Sequence record: MG655269.1
Length of the DNA: 64,000 nucleotides
Reading direction: 5' to 3' (one strand)
Positions within the stretch are counted from its first letter, which is position 1. Each line of letters starts with the position of its first letter. Below, in pieces: positions 26,513-37,605 of the stretch. Below the pieces are notes generated by a model. The model did no database searches and was not told where the DNA came from. It worked only from the letters and a program-made list of their open reading frames with translations. Both the position numbers and the translations under genes were made by a program.

Positions 26513-27979
26513 ATGTCTATTGATCTGATCGCTTCCTTTATCGACGATTCGGGCAATGTCCCGATGACGGCGCTGACTGTGGTAAAGAAAGAGAACGACG
26601 AAGCCAACGCACAACTGCCGAAACAGGTAGCGATGCTGAAAGCCTCTAACGAACGTATCGTTGAACTTCAGTCTGTGATCGAGCGCGTACGTCGTGAAGG
26701 CATGAGTCGTGAAGTTGCCGCGATTGTTGCCTCGATTGCACCTGAAGCGTTGCCGGTTGGCTACGGTGCTGAAGGTTTCACTGAGCAACCCTCAAAGCTC
26801 GGGATGGCTGCTGGTCTGGAATCGATCACCGCCTATGTGATTGATGGTATCAAACGTCTGATTGCGTTCCTGATTGATAAGGCCAAGAAAGCCGCTGCCT
26901 TTATTGTGGATCAGTATCGTCGTCTGACGGGCATTGCTCCCACTGCGTACAAGATCGATCGTCGTGCTGCTTATCTTACGGCGATGTCTGCCCGGTTTGC
27001 TCAGCATTTCGGTACGGATCTGGCGACCCTGTTAGAGCAGGATATCAATGCCGGTTTTACCAGTATCGAAAGTACTCGCATGGTATTAAGCGGTATGTTT
27101 GCTGATGCGGAAGTGTTGCAGGCGGATCTGTCTAAATATGGCAAGCACATCAATGTCATGTCCAAACAGATCGAAGCGTTACTGGCAGATGCGCCAACGC
27201 GTGTGGTGCGGGTCAATGCGATTGTTAATGATGTCACGGTATCGCGCAATGGCAGCAACGATCGCAGTGCAGAGATCCTGCGTCTGATCGACACCCGTAA
27301 CCTCGATGCCCTGGTCAGTACCTTGCGCAGCGTCAGTAAGTTACTGGTCAGCAGCCCGATGTACAAATCCACTGGCACTGGTAAAGACGGCAAAATCAAA
27401 CAGACTATCCTTGAGCAGTTAAACAGCGATGGTTTCCGTGAGATGATGTCCGGCCTTTCCATGGCTGCTAATGCTGGCATGACCCACACCATGGACATGA
27501 CGGATGCCTCGGCGATCATTCGTTCACGTAATCTGGCTGAGGCTGTTAAAGAGCTCACCAATTACGAAGAAGTGAAGAAGCGTTCACTGGATGACCTCAA
27601 GTCTGCTACTGGTTCGATCAACAGCAACAAATATGTGCAGGCCGCTGAACAGTCACCGGGTGATGACCCGACCATGGCAGCTGTGGTGCAGTTTAACCAA
27701 TACTGGGATGATGTCACGACCGCCGTAAAAGTGGCACAGGACATCACCACCGCCTACGCGGAGACAGTATTCAAACTGCAGCTGTTCTCGGTGCGTTGTC
27801 AAGACCTGGCGCTGGTACAGTGGTCCGCTAACCCAGCCAATGCCGGCCTGGCAGAAGCCAATGCCGCGACTGAACGTCTGCAGGCGGTGGTCAAGCAGTA
27901 TCTGGATAAGGTCGTGAAGAACACCACGGGCTTGAAAGGTGCGCTGGATGACCTCGGCAAACTGGTCAATCAACTGTAA
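26513..27979 (+). CDS. Head/inner-body protein with propeptide (AGLE|S)
   Basis: GAGGAG RBS; N-terminal ~105 aa ends in AAGLES, followed by an amphipathic helix; alignable with the next gene. Confidence 0.7.
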   Translation: MSIDLIASFIDDSGNVPMTALTVVKKENDEANAQLPKQVAMLKASNERIVELQSVIERVRREGMSREVAAIVASIAPEALPVGYGAEGFTEQPSKLGMAAGLESITAYVIDGIKRLIAFLIDKAKKAAAFIVDQYRRLTGIAPTAYKIDRRAAYLTAMSARFAQHFGTDLATLLEQDINAGFTSIESTRMVLSGMFADAEVLQADLSKYGKHINVMSKQIEALLADAPTRVVRVNAIVNDVTVSRNGSNDRSAEILRLIDTRNLDALVSTLRSVSKLLVSSPMYKSTGTGKDGKIKQTILEQLNSDGFREMMSGLSMAANAGMTHTMDMTDASAIIRSRNLAEAVKELTNYEEVKKRSLDDLKSATGSINSNKYVQAAEQSPGDDPTMAAVVQFNQYWDDVTTAVKVAQDITTAYAETVFKLQLFSVRCQDLALVQWSANPANAGLAEANAATERLQAVVKQYLDKVVKNTTGLKGALDDLGKLVNQL

Positions 27980-27988
27980 GGAAATCGC

Positions 27989-29245
27989 ATGGAATCCACA
28001 TTACTTCAAACGATCAATGAAACCACGGAGTTGTGTGACTCTTTGATTTCGTTGTCACAACGTCTTGAGATGTTGGGTCCCATTGCTGCTGAATCCGTTA
28101 ACTTCGCAAAGATCCATGAATCGATTAACCTGAAGGTGGCGAAGATTGCCGCTTCGATGGAGTCGATTGAAGCTAACGGCATCAACCAGGAGGCAGTGTT
28201 AGAAATCAATACTGCCATGCCTGGTATCATTCCCAACACCATCCCTCTTAATGGATACACCAAAGCCCGCAGTCAGATGAATGTGGGGTTTGCCTTAGAG
28301 TCGTTGGAGTCAGGTAAAGCAGCAATGATCTCCGGTTCAGTAACAGGGATCGTGGCCGTGATCGTCAAACTGTTTCGTTGGGTTGTCATGACCATCAAGC
28401 AGTATGTCAAATCACGCCGTGATGCGAACCGTCTCGGTGTCTCTGTGACACAAGCACTGCAACGCGCGGGAACGATCAACGAATACCTGTTAGAGCAGTT
28501 GGCGAAAACCCCTGAAGCCAAAGCCGCTCGTCCGGGCTTTGAATGGCTGGTATCGATCTGGCGTCCGCAGGCTGGGATCTTTAAGTTCAATGAAGATGCA
28601 CTGGTGCAGTGGTGGCCAGAACTCGTCAATGAACTGGAGTACGAATACAACCAGATCAGCAAGGCGTTTGAAACCCTGCGTAGCGGTGGGTCGTTTGTCC
28701 CGAACATTGCGAAAGCGCATCAGTCTCCCTCCATGAAGCGTTTCTTTGAAGCCTTACCGCAAGGGACGGATCGTCAAGGGAACATCGTTGAGGTAGAGCT
28801 GGCGAAGAAGCAGTTTCAGGAGAACCCACAGCGTGCGTTGTTCCAGCTGGCTGAGCGTCTGCGCTACATGATCATGCGCGAGCCTAAATCAAAAGGTACT
28901 GACTTTGGGCAAGAGCTGATCTCAGTAGGTCGCAGTATTGAAGCTTACACCAATGTGGATCGTCTGGTGTTTGATCAGCTGAATACCTACGACACCAACA
29001 ACCGATTAGGGAAACTGGAAGAGGCGTTTGGTGCGTTGTATAAGCAAGTCCAAGCCACACGCTACACTGCAGACAAAGCCCTGGTTGATGAGTTCGTGGG
29101 TTACCTGAACCGTTATTCAGAAAAGCTTAACTGTTTCGTGCAACTGATCACCATTGTGAGTTACCTGGATAGCTGTAGTTTCCAGATCCTTGACAATGTA
29201 TCCAAAGCCACCATGAAGTACGTTGATATTGCTGCCAGTAATTAA
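27989..29245 (+). CDS. Head/inner-body protein with propeptide (ALE|S)
   Basis: ASMES and GFALESLES motifs; propeptide homologous to 26513..27979. Confidence 0.7.
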   Translation: MESTLLQTINETTELCDSLISLSQRLEMLGPIAAESVNFAKIHESINLKVAKIAASMESIEANGINQEAVLEINTAMPGIIPNTIPLNGYTKARSQMNVGFALESLESGKAAMISGSVTGIVAVIVKLFRWVVMTIKQYVKSRRDANRLGVSVTQALQRAGTINEYLLEQLAKTPEAKAARPGFEWLVSIWRPQAGIFKFNEDALVQWWPELVNELEYEYNQISKAFETLRSGGSFVPNIAKAHQSPSMKRFFEALPQGTDRQGNIVEVELAKKQFQENPQRALFQLAERLRYMIMREPKSKGTDFGQELISVGRSIEAYTNVDRLVFDQLNTYDTNNRLGKLEEAFGALYKQVQATRYTADKALVDEFVGYLNRYSEKLNCFVQLITIVSYLDSCSFQILDNVSKATMKYVDIAASN

Positions 29246-29248
29246 ATC

Positions 29249-29299
29249 GGCATAAAGGCCTGGCCCTCCGCAAGGAAGGCCAGAGCCTTACTTATGCCG
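29249..29299. terminator. Bidirectional terminator
   Basis: GGCATAAAGGC ... hairpin ... CTTATGCCG between convergent genes. Confidence 0.7.
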
Positions 29300-32249
29300 T
29301 TAAGCTTGACTTCGCTGAGGTATGTTTCAGGAAGGTGATGGAGATGTCTTCTTTCACCGTTAAGGTTTCATCCGACGCCACATCTACCCGTTTCTTGATA
29401 GCACACCGCATGGTGTCATCTAATGCGGTCATGACTTTGATATCACCGTTCACCCCGAGTGCTTTAAACTCGATGTCAACCACATCCGACGTTCGATACG
29501 GTTTCAGCGCATCAACCAGATCTGTCAGACCAAAGGTTGCCCGGGCAATCACTGCAGCAATCGCTGGACTCACTTTCGCTGACAGGTTGTCACGCAACGA
29601 GGTGTTCTTGTAACCGTTGTCGGTCATGTAGAAGGTTACGTCAAAACCAATCGCGGCGGAGATCTGACGAGACTCTCGTGCATTGGCAATCACATCGATC
29701 AAGCCCAGGGTTTGTTTCGGTCGTAACGACACCGTGGTCTTCTCAAGCAACTGCCGCTTCACCGTGACCATATCTTGCGTCACCCAGTCAACCAGATCAG
29801 AGATCACATCAGTGATGTATGTCTTATCCAGCGGGTTACCGGTAAAGTAGTAGACACCATCCAGACCCACCACATCGATCTCACGCACCACCACACGTTC
29901 ATTAAGCGGGATAGGGTTACCTTGCTCATCCGACTTAATGTCACCCACCCGATAACGATAGATGATGTTGTTATCAGCGTCATACATGATGTCGCCTTTG
30001 GCGTGCAGGATGATCGGTTGGTTGTTGCTGTCAAACACCAATTGGTTAGTGACCGCATCACGCTGATACACCGTCTCTGCATAACGCCATGGTACATCGA
30101 CATCGTACTTCTGATACTCGATGTCAGACACCACTGAACGCGACCGCTGGTACAGATAGGTCAGGGCTTTACCCATCACCACATCGTAGGACTGCTCCGT
30201 CACCACCACGAACTGCTGATCCAGGTAGAAACTCCCCAGCTTCTTATCACTGTCGCTGTACACCACGTCATTCGGTGATTTGGCCACCGCAATACAGTTC
30301 AGCAGGATGAAGTTCTTTTCCAGTACCGAGCGCAACTTAGACGGTGCATTACCAAACTGACCAAAGGAGGTCAGGATGATCTCGTCCTCGTTGGTGATGT
30401 CGAGATTACTGTCAATATCAAACTGCCAGACACGTTCGCGGGTTGCTGTCCGACCGATCATCACGCCATTGAGGTAGCCGTAGTTGCTTTCCCCTTCCGG
30501 CATGAACAGTAACTGACACGCCACATCACTGTCCGCCAGGTCTTTGTAGTAATCACCTGAACTCGTCACCACGGTTGCTCTAAAGCCATTGGCGGTTTTG
30601 GTAAAGGTAAAACTGTCCGCCACAAGTTCAACACCGATGGAGTTGTTCTCATAGCTGAATACCCGACCTGCCACAGAAGGACGATCCAGATCATAGACCC
30701 GAGTGGTAAACGCATCGTTATTCGCATCCAGCACCATGTAGAAAGGTGAGAACATGAACACGTTGTTGTTGACCGTCAAGGCCCGGCTGTCTAATCCCGC
30801 GCCGTTGATCGTGGCCAGCTCCGCATCCGATACCATGTTGTAGATACCGTTGACCAACCGGTATAAGGCTGTCGGAGTGATGGTGATGCGATTGCCGTTA
30901 TCACGCACTGCGGTATTACTGACCAACTGCAACATCGATGACTGCAGGGTAATAATCCCGGTGCCGGCCGGCGTATTGATGCCAGACTTGTTGGTCTGCG
31001 GATTCAGTGACCGTGTCGCGTGGTAAATGCGTTGCGTCACTGTGTCTTCTGATTTCAATGCCCCGTAGCCTAAATCGACCAGGGTTTGTGAGACCTGCGC
31101 TTCAGTAATCGGTAAGACCGTTTTGTTGGCCGAATAGATCACCGCTTCACGCAACGCTTCAACACTGAGACCATTCACCCCACCGCTGACACCGCTGCTG
31201 ATCGACATGGTCTTTTCATTAAAGACGGTCAATGGGGTAGAGTACTTATCCAACACCCGATCTTCGTAATTGAAGTCGCGGTAGACCGCACTGATTGAAG
31301 AAGACTGCAGCGCCAGCGTTTCGATAACCAGGTTACCTTTACTGGTGTAGACATCTGCCCGCACCTGACGACCCACTGCCAGATTGTTGGAGATGTAGAT
31401 TTCCGGTAGCACAACCTTCACTGAGTCTTCTAACACCTGGGCGACGAAGGTCAGCTTGGTGTTGTCATAGACCAGGTCATCATGGGTGACATACGCCTCT
31501 TCCCACTCATCGGTGACATTCGCCCGTGTAAAGACACGCAGGTAATAGAACTGATCACCTTTTAATGGATAGGTATTGCGATACCCACTCATGCTGGTAA
31601 TCTGACCGTAATAAGGCTGGGCTTTGAACTGACGTAAAGGTACCGTGATGTAGAGCAGTTCAACCCCGTTGAAGATCGCAGTCCGCCAGGTTAACTGGTT
31701 GGTCTCAACCGTCAGTAACGGACTGGGTTGCGACACATCGTACACCACCACAAAGCCGCCATGTTTCATCACCCGGATTTCAATCGGATACTCCAGACTG
31801 AAGGTGACATCCATCACCGTGATTTCCGTGTTGCGTGGAATCACCATCTTCGAGTAGATGCTGTCGATGTCATCGTTGCCACTGCTGTCGAGCTGCACTG
31901 CACGCGCCCGAATCTCATCGGCATTGAAAATGAAGTTGGTGGTGATACGTGACGGGGTACAGAAACGGTTCTTGTAATCCTCATCACTCATGTTGCGATA
32001 CAGATCTTCATACGTCCGCGCCATCTTCGGGTAGTACGCCGTATAAAGGTCTTCATGGTTTTGCATCACTGCTGAACCGGTCAGAGCAACCAGCTCAAAA
32101 GCAAACATCGCGGGGTTGGTGGCATTCATGATATCAATCGTGCCATCCATGTTTTGATCTAACAGATCGAGTGTGTAGTCCATCATCAAAGATGGATCAT
32201 TACGCAGGTCGATCATTTTCTGTTTACGTACGTCGATGCTGTCGCTCAT
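29292..32249 (-). CDS. Putative baseplate wedge protein (T4 gp6-like; phiKZ gp87-like)
   Basis: 985 aa; SGG-x-x-x-x-S-x-E-x-LR motif (SGGVNGLSVEALRE) typical of gp6/baseplate-J proteins; synteny. Confidence 0.6.
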   Translation of the reverse strand: MSDSIDVRKQKMIDLRNDPSLMMDYTLDLLDQNMDGTIDIMNATNPAMFAFELVALTGSAVMQNHEDLYTAYYPKMARTYEDLYRNMSDEDYKNRFCTPSRITTNFIFNADEIRARAVQLDSSGNDDIDSIYSKMVIPRNTEITVMDVTFSLEYPIEIRVMKHGGFVVVYDVSQPSPLLTVETNQLTWRTAIFNGVELLYITVPLRQFKAQPYYGQITSMSGYRNTYPLKGDQFYYLRVFTRANVTDEWEEAYVTHDDLVYDNTKLTFVAQVLEDSVKVVLPEIYISNNLAVGRQVRADVYTSKGNLVIETLALQSSSISAVYRDFNYEDRVLDKYSTPLTVFNEKTMSISSGVSGGVNGLSVEALREAVIYSANKTVLPITEAQVSQTLVDLGYGALKSEDTVTQRIYHATRSLNPQTNKSGINTPAGTGIITLQSSMLQLVSNTAVRDNGNRITITPTALYRLVNGIYNMVSDAELATINGAGLDSRALTVNNNVFMFSPFYMVLDANNDAFTTRVYDLDRPSVAGRVFSYENNSIGVELVADSFTFTKTANGFRATVVTSSGDYYKDLADSDVACQLLFMPEGESNYGYLNGVMIGRTATRERVWQFDIDSNLDITNEDEIILTSFGQFGNAPSKLRSVLEKNFILLNCIAVAKSPNDVVYSDSDKKLGSFYLDQQFVVVTEQSYDVVMGKALTYLYQRSRSVVSDIEYQKYDVDVPWRYAETVYQRDAVTNQLVFDSNNQPIILHAKGDIMYDADNNIIYRYRVGDIKSDEQGNPIPLNERVVVREIDVVGLDGVYYFTGNPLDKTYITDVISDLVDWVTQDMVTVKRQLLEKTTVSLRPKQTLGLIDVIANARESRQISAAIGFDVTFYMTDNGYKNTSLRDNLSAKVSPAIAAVIARATFGLTDLVDALKPYRTSDVVDIEFKALGVNGDIKVMTALDDTMRCAIKKRVDVASDETLTVKEDISITFLKHTSAKSSLTA

Positions 32250-32258
32250 CGTAGCCTC

Positions 32259-33284
32259 TTATTTTTGATCCTTCGGAACCCACCACTGGAATTCGTTCGT
32301 CATCACGTCGATATAAGGATAACCAATAAAGTTGTAGCGCTGCATTTCACCCGGGGAGATTTTGCGGAAGAACGTGTTACGGTTCGCGGCTTTCATCTGC
32401 GGGTTAAATAACTCGACACAACTGTTGAAATCCAGGATCAGGGATTGCGTGTTATAGCGCCAGCCCACACACTGCCAGTTACAACTGATTTGGTTATTGT
32501 TCTTGATCAGTGGGGTGTCTTTGGTGGTGCCAAAGTCAAACGCATTACCAATCGGGTTGGTGGTACAGATTGCTGCGTAGGGTGCACCGATCTTTGTCAC
32601 ATAGCGTGAAGTCTGATCCAGGATGATGCGATAGAAGCGCATGGTGTAATCAATATAGTTGTTAACAATGGCGTCCCAATAGGGAACCATGTCGCCAAGG
32701 TATACCGATGAGCTGTACGTTTGCAGCAGATCCAGAATCATGGTGATCGGGTCACCTGAGATGTTGGTGTGCGTTGATGTCACCTGATAGGCTTCATTAA
32801 ACTCCGACTGACCATCAACCATCGACCAGGTTTCTTTACGTGAGCCTGGTGGTGCAGTAAAGGTATCAATCACGATATCGGGAAAACCGGTCATCGATTC
32901 CAGGGTGTTTGATAAAATGGACACGAAGGCCTGTTGGTTATCAAACAGTCTGGAGTAGCTTTTTCGATCAATTGTGCCGGTCGCATCAAACATCGAACGG
33001 ATCGCACCTGGGATCGTATCGGCGTTGTTTGAAGCAAGCGAAAGCAGCTTTTCTTGTCGATTCAGATTATCGTATGACAGGTTAAGGATTGGGCGTGTGA
33101 AAAAGGTATACCCCATGACGTCTTTGTTGATGGGTAGAAAGGCGCTACGGTTACTGAATTTGTTCAAACCCCAATAGTTATGCGCAAGCGATGAGGTTAC
33201 ACTACCATACCCGGACTCCCTTGCAGCCGAGTCAATACTCTCGGTCCACAACCCAGGATTGTAGTCGTCATTGTCATTGGCCAT
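32259..33284 (-). CDS. Virion structural protein, tube/baseplate-like (phiKZ gp88-like)
   Basis: 341 aa; beta-rich; co-transcribed with the wedge-like gene; synteny. Confidence 0.55.
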   Translation of the reverse strand: MANDNDDYNPGLWTESIDSAARESGYGSVTSSLAHNYWGLNKFSNRSAFLPINKDVMGYTFFTRPILNLSYDNLNRQEKLLSLASNNADTIPGAIRSMFDATGTIDRKSYSRLFDNQQAFVSILSNTLESMTGFPDIVIDTFTAPPGSRKETWSMVDGQSEFNEAYQVTSTHTNISGDPITMILDLLQTYSSSVYLGDMVPYWDAIVNNYIDYTMRFYRIILDQTSRYVTKIGAPYAAICTTNPIGNAFDFGTTKDTPLIKNNNQISCNWQCVGWRYNTQSLILDFNSCVELFNPQMKAANRNTFFRKISPGEMQRYNFIGYPYIDVMTNEFQWWVPKDQK

Positions 33285-33337
33285 TACTCATCACCTCTTT
33301 GAAATAGAATATCCGTTGAATCCATAGGAGTACTTTT

Positions 33338-34504
33338 ATGTTACCATTAGTTACGGGGGCGATTACACTGGCCAGTTCGCTTGCGCTTGTCGCCGAACGT
33401 ATTCTGGCAGCCAAGAAAGCTGCTGGTGAAGTCGCTGGTACTGTTGACAATACGTTGGCCACGTTAGGCCAGATGGGCACACGTGATTTGGTAACCTTTA
33501 CCAAGGTGACCCGCATGGAACCTCTGGTGTTGTTAGATGATCGTTTGAAGTTTGATCCTTCGACCCCGGAGATCCTGCAAGTACTGACCAGTTTGATTGC
33601 CGGCTACTATACCCAGGCGTTTGCCCTGCTGGGCCAGGTCGACGGTATTGACGTCATCGGCACCCTGGATAAGCTGAACCCGTCACGTACTGGTATTGGC
33701 CTGAACAACTTTGAAGGTGATCTTGAGAAAGACGGCCTCCATAAATTTAGTAACCAGTCAAATACCCCTCTCTATAGTATCGGGCTGGAAGCACTGACTG
33801 AAGTGCAGAGCGCCGAGAACAAGCCGGTTAAAATCCAGACCGATAAAAATGTCGTGGCTGATATTTCGGCACCGACTAACCTGGCGCTGGGTAAGATGAT
33901 CAAGGTGACCTTGTCAGCTAATGGCAACACCATTGAGATCCCAATCACCATCCGTGTGAAACCTGTCACTACCGGTAGCGATGCCGTTACGGCGATTCTG
34001 GCCATCGGTACCACGAAGAACACCGTGGCTGAGCGCTGGAACCGTTTCAAAGCTGGCGAGCTGACCTTCACTAACCTGGCCACTGGTGATGACGTGATTC
34101 GTCAACACAAGAAGATCCTGGTGCAGGATACCTCGGGCTTCTATGCCGAGATCACCCGTCGTGCCCGTGGTAATGCGAAGAAAGGCGCCCTGTCCGGTAA
34201 CCTGTCGCTGGCTACGGATTCTAACGTGGTAATGATCTCTTCAGCCACGGCGCTGGATGTGGGTCGCGAGCTCGGCGGTGAACTGTCCAACTTCCGTATC
34301 CGTGAAGCGATGTTCGCCAAGGTGTACTCTAACATGCTGATCATCGTGGATGACCTGCGTGGCATGGTCTCCTTCTACTACCGCGGTGAGTCATTACCAA
34401 ACGTGCTGTCGCTGCAGGATATCAAACTGTATAACAAAGGCAGCGGTCCAGACATCATGTCGATCTTCAGTGCGTTTGCTGAAAACAAAATCCCTTCCCT
34501 TTAA
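33338..34504 (+). CDS. Major head/inner-body protein (phiKZ gp89-like)
   Basis: AGGAG RBS; internal IGLE|A protease motif; synteny. Confidence 0.65.
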   Translation: MLPLVTGAITLASSLALVAERILAAKKAAGEVAGTVDNTLATLGQMGTRDLVTFTKVTRMEPLVLLDDRLKFDPSTPEILQVLTSLIAGYYTQAFALLGQVDGIDVIGTLDKLNPSRTGIGLNNFEGDLEKDGLHKFSNQSNTPLYSIGLEALTEVQSAENKPVKIQTDKNVVADISAPTNLALGKMIKVTLSANGNTIEIPITIRVKPVTTGSDAVTAILAIGTTKNTVAERWNRFKAGELTFTNLATGDDVIRQHKKILVQDTSGFYAEITRRARGNAKKGALSGNLSLATDSNVVMISSATALDVGRELGGELSNFRIREAMFAKVYSNMLIIVDDLRGMVSFYYRGESLPNVLSLQDIKLYNKGSGPDIMSIFSAFAENKIPSL

Positions 34505-34516
34505 GGATCTCGTTCG

Positions 34517-35410
34517 ATGAACATTTTTAACTACGTCAAAGGCCTGATTGGTACGGTTGACAAACGCGATGTCCTAAGCGAGATCGATGCCCTGCGTGAT
34601 GAGCTCACCCGGTTCACCATTAACAACTATGCGAAAGCCATGGATGTTAATGTCAACACCGACGGCAGTAATTACTACGTAAAACAGATCAGCCGTGAAT
34701 TCGCGAAAGTGAAACAGGTTGAAGGTTTACGTGGTCAGAACCTGATCGCTCAAACGTACATCTCCTTAAAGCAGCTGACCCTGACCCTGGAGTGGATGCG
34801 CAAACAGGTTGAGCGTGAGTACGGCGGTCGTATTGCCCGTGAAGCCGTTGACTTTAAACAAGCCAACTTCCTGCGCTATATCGACTCGATCGACTTCTAC
34901 CTGCGTTACGCTCGCTCCATGCTGCTCGTGGTGACGTCCCTGAATGCTAACCCATCAGCGGATATCACTAAAGGCTTCACGGTGCATGAGATCCGTTTCC
35001 TGACCGATACTGCTGTGCACTTCATCTACCTGACCTCGCTGTTCTCACAGCCGGTGAGTGTGACTGAGAAAGTGTTCGATGCGGTGCCATCGGTTGTGGT
35101 CTCCGATGCGGATCAGCAAGCGATCGAAGCAGTACTGGGTAACAAGACTGATGTGGCGAGGTCTAACTTCATCCCATTGGGTTACAACCCGTTCTTCCTG
35201 ATTGGTCGTCTGCGTGCTGAACGTCGTGTGAAACGCCTGCGGGCAGCTGAAGCGGCAGCCATTGCCACTGAGCTGACCTTGAGCAAGCTCATGGACAAAC
35301 AAGCAGGCGGGTCAGAAGACCCCACCATTCAGAAACAAATTGATCATTATCAGAATCAGTTGAACCGACTGAACTTTGAGATCGATCAGATCAAATCCGA
35401 AGTCGAGTAA
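34517..35410 (+). CDS. Head/inner-body protein (phiKZ gp90-like)
   Basis: AAGGA RBS; helical; C-terminal coiled coil; synteny. Confidence 0.6.
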   Translation: MNIFNYVKGLIGTVDKRDVLSEIDALRDELTRFTINNYAKAMDVNVNTDGSNYYVKQISREFAKVKQVEGLRGQNLIAQTYISLKQLTLTLEWMRKQVEREYGGRIAREAVDFKQANFLRYIDSIDFYLRYARSMLLVVTSLNANPSADITKGFTVHEIRFLTDTAVHFIYLTSLFSQPVSVTEKVFDAVPSVVVSDADQQAIEAVLGNKTDVARSNFIPLGYNPFFLIGRLRAERRVKRLRAAEAAAIATELTLSKLMDKQAGGSEDPTIQKQIDHYQNQLNRLNFEIDQIKSEVE

Positions 35411-35420
35411 GGAGTCCGTC

Positions 35421-35960
35421 ATGGCAGATCGTGTTAGTACTGGTGCAGAGATTATCTACGGCACCGGCTTTACCTCCCATGGCGGCCCAGGACAGCAAGG
35501 CGTAAAGATCAACGTCGACAACAACGTCATTGATCTTTACCAGCGTTTGGCAGGCAACATCACGCTCGCCGGTAACTTTAACTTCCGAAAAGAAGTGTGT
35601 GTTACTGCTGCACGACTGTTACTGCCATTGCCAAACTGGCTCCTGGCCACCCGTAGTAATTACCTGCACTCCAAACACGCGCTGTTGTTCGCCCGTGACC
35701 TGGGGTTGATTGCGATGGGTAAGAGTCCGGACATGAGTGTGATGACGCGCATGCGTCTGTTTTCACCCAGTTCTGTGAAGTCCAACCCGGGTGAGCTGAA
35801 TGCGTCGAATTACGATGCACTCTCGTTGATCCCTAATAAGTTCATTGATGAGCTGCGTACCTATTCCAATGGTGCACAGCTGGCTAACCTGACCCGCGAC
35901 GCACAGCATGTGAAAGACCTGGTCACGTCATTATATGTCATGTTTGGTTCTGTTGAATAA
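35421..35960 (+). CDS. Putative head protein (phiKZ gp91-like)
   Basis: AAGGAG RBS before ATG 35421. Confidence 0.6.
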   Translation: MADRVSTGAEIIYGTGFTSHGGPGQQGVKINVDNNVIDLYQRLAGNITLAGNFNFRKEVCVTAARLLLPLPNWLLATRSNYLHSKHALLFARDLGLIAMGKSPDMSVMTRMRLFSPSSVKSNPGELNASNYDALSLIPNKFIDELRTYSNGAQLANLTRDAQHVKDLVTSLYVMFGSVE

Positions 35961-35997
35961 CAGGCCTCAAAATCGGAATGTAGAGGATACGTAAAAA

Positions 35998-37587
35998 ATG
36001 AGTAAAGCATACCTCCATACCCTGCTGACTGCAGGTAATGAAGCGTTTGATGCAGCCGGCGAACCAGTGGGTGTGACTGTGGTTGATGCCCCGATCGAAG
36101 TGCCTGTTGTTGCAGACCCAGCAGTTGAGCCAGAAGCCCCAGCGGTAACTGATGCGCCAGTGGTTACGCAGGACCCGGTTGAGCCTGATCCAGAACCAGC
36201 AGCGGTCGTCGTTGCCATCAACGAAGATGAGAAAGAGCTGGTCATTGCGTCTACTGAAGCGGCTGCGGCCGAAGTGGTTGTGATCGAATCTGATTGCGCG
36301 CTGGAAGAAGTTGAAGACCTGCTCGACGACCAGATCCAGGTTGTAGCGGAAACTGAAAACATCGTCGCCTCTATGGAATCGTTCGTCGGTTCTGCGATGA
36401 CCATGCAGGATGCGCAAGCCCTGCAGCAGTGGGTGCATAACGCCACCCGTGGTCAGTATGATCAAGCTAAAGTTGTCGGCTCTCTGGAAGCGTTCGGTAA
36501 CGACGTCTCTACCGATGATGCGCTGAACGCTGGCCTGGAAGGGATCGGCGAGTTCCTGAAAGCTGCCCGTAACAAAGCAGCTGATCTGCGTAAAGTCATG
36601 GTTGCGCGCTGGAACGCTTTCTTCAAAGATGTGTTCGTGGGCTTTGATAAAGTTGCACGTCGTGCTGATGCGCTGGGTAAACTGGCGAAAGGTACTTCAG
36701 GCGAATCCAACTCCTCTACTATTCAGCTGCCGCTGGATACGGCCTGGCGTCTGGTGAAAGATGGTAAGGTTTCTCAGAACCTGCCGAAAGATCTGGGTGA
36801 CCTGGGTAAATTTGCCAAGGCGGTCTTTAAAGACAACCCGGAAGCGCTGCTGGTGCATCGTAAGAAACTGGTTGACATCGCTGTTCGTCTGTCTACTGCT
36901 GACTATGACGACGCACTGAAGATCGGCAAAGAGCTGGTGAACTTCGAACTGCCAAGCGTTGGCGTGTGCAAAACCAAAGTGGTCAACAACTCCAACACGG
37001 TTGATGTGTATCGCTCTGATGAGTTCCTGGGTGCGCTGTCTATTTTCTATTGCAAGCCTGTTGACAAAATCAATGCGCAGTTACCACTGCCGCGTCAGCT
37101 GTCTGACAAGTTCAACTCCATCATCGCGATCGATGTGAGCGTGTCTGAAACCGGTAAGAAAACACCGAAGCTGGATGTCTCTATTGATACCCTGCAGCCG
37201 GCTGAAATCGCCAAAGTGGCTGATGATGTTAACGCTATCCTGGGTGACATCCGTCAGTACCGCACCAACTACGGTGAGTGGTATGCTGCGAACAGCGATC
37301 TGGATCGTGTGATCGGTATCCTGGCGAACGTACCGTGGTCTGGCGATGCTGGCACCACTACTGTCGACAGCACCACTGATGCCGAGGGTAACACCTCAAC
37401 CATCGTGAACATCATCGGTCTGAACCGCGACCTGGCGGATGTGATTGAAGGCATGCATGACATGTATAGCTACCTGTCTGTGAGCCCGATCCGTGTCCTG
37501 TCTGCTGAACTGCTGCCAATCCTGAACCGTGCACTGGAAGTGGGTGAACGTTCTCTGGCAACCTACAGCGACAACAACCTGGCGTAA
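35998..37587 (+). CDS. Internal head protein (phiKZ_IP-like paralog)
   Basis: Leader LLTAGNE|AFD; acidic Pro/Val-rich propeptide; ASME, GSLE and AGLE sites. Confidence 0.75.
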   Translation: MSKAYLHTLLTAGNEAFDAAGEPVGVTVVDAPIEVPVVADPAVEPEAPAVTDAPVVTQDPVEPDPEPAAVVVAINEDEKELVIASTEAAAAEVVVIESDCALEEVEDLLDDQIQVVAETENIVASMESFVGSAMTMQDAQALQQWVHNATRGQYDQAKVVGSLEAFGNDVSTDDALNAGLEGIGEFLKAARNKAADLRKVMVARWNAFFKDVFVGFDKVARRADALGKLAKGTSGESNSSTIQLPLDTAWRLVKDGKVSQNLPKDLGDLGKFAKAVFKDNPEALLVHRKKLVDIAVRLSTADYDDALKIGKELVNFELPSVGVCKTKVVNNSNTVDVYRSDEFLGALSIFYCKPVDKINAQLPLPRQLSDKFNSIIAIDVSVSETGKKTPKLDVSIDTLQPAEIAKVADDVNAILGDIRQYRTNYGEWYAANSDLDRVIGILANVPWSGDAGTTTVDSTTDAEGNTSTIVNIIGLNRDLADVIEGMHDMYSYLSVSPIRVLSAELLPILNRALEVGERSLATYSDNNLA

Positions 37588-37605
37588 CCGTCATAAGGCA
37601 AAGAG

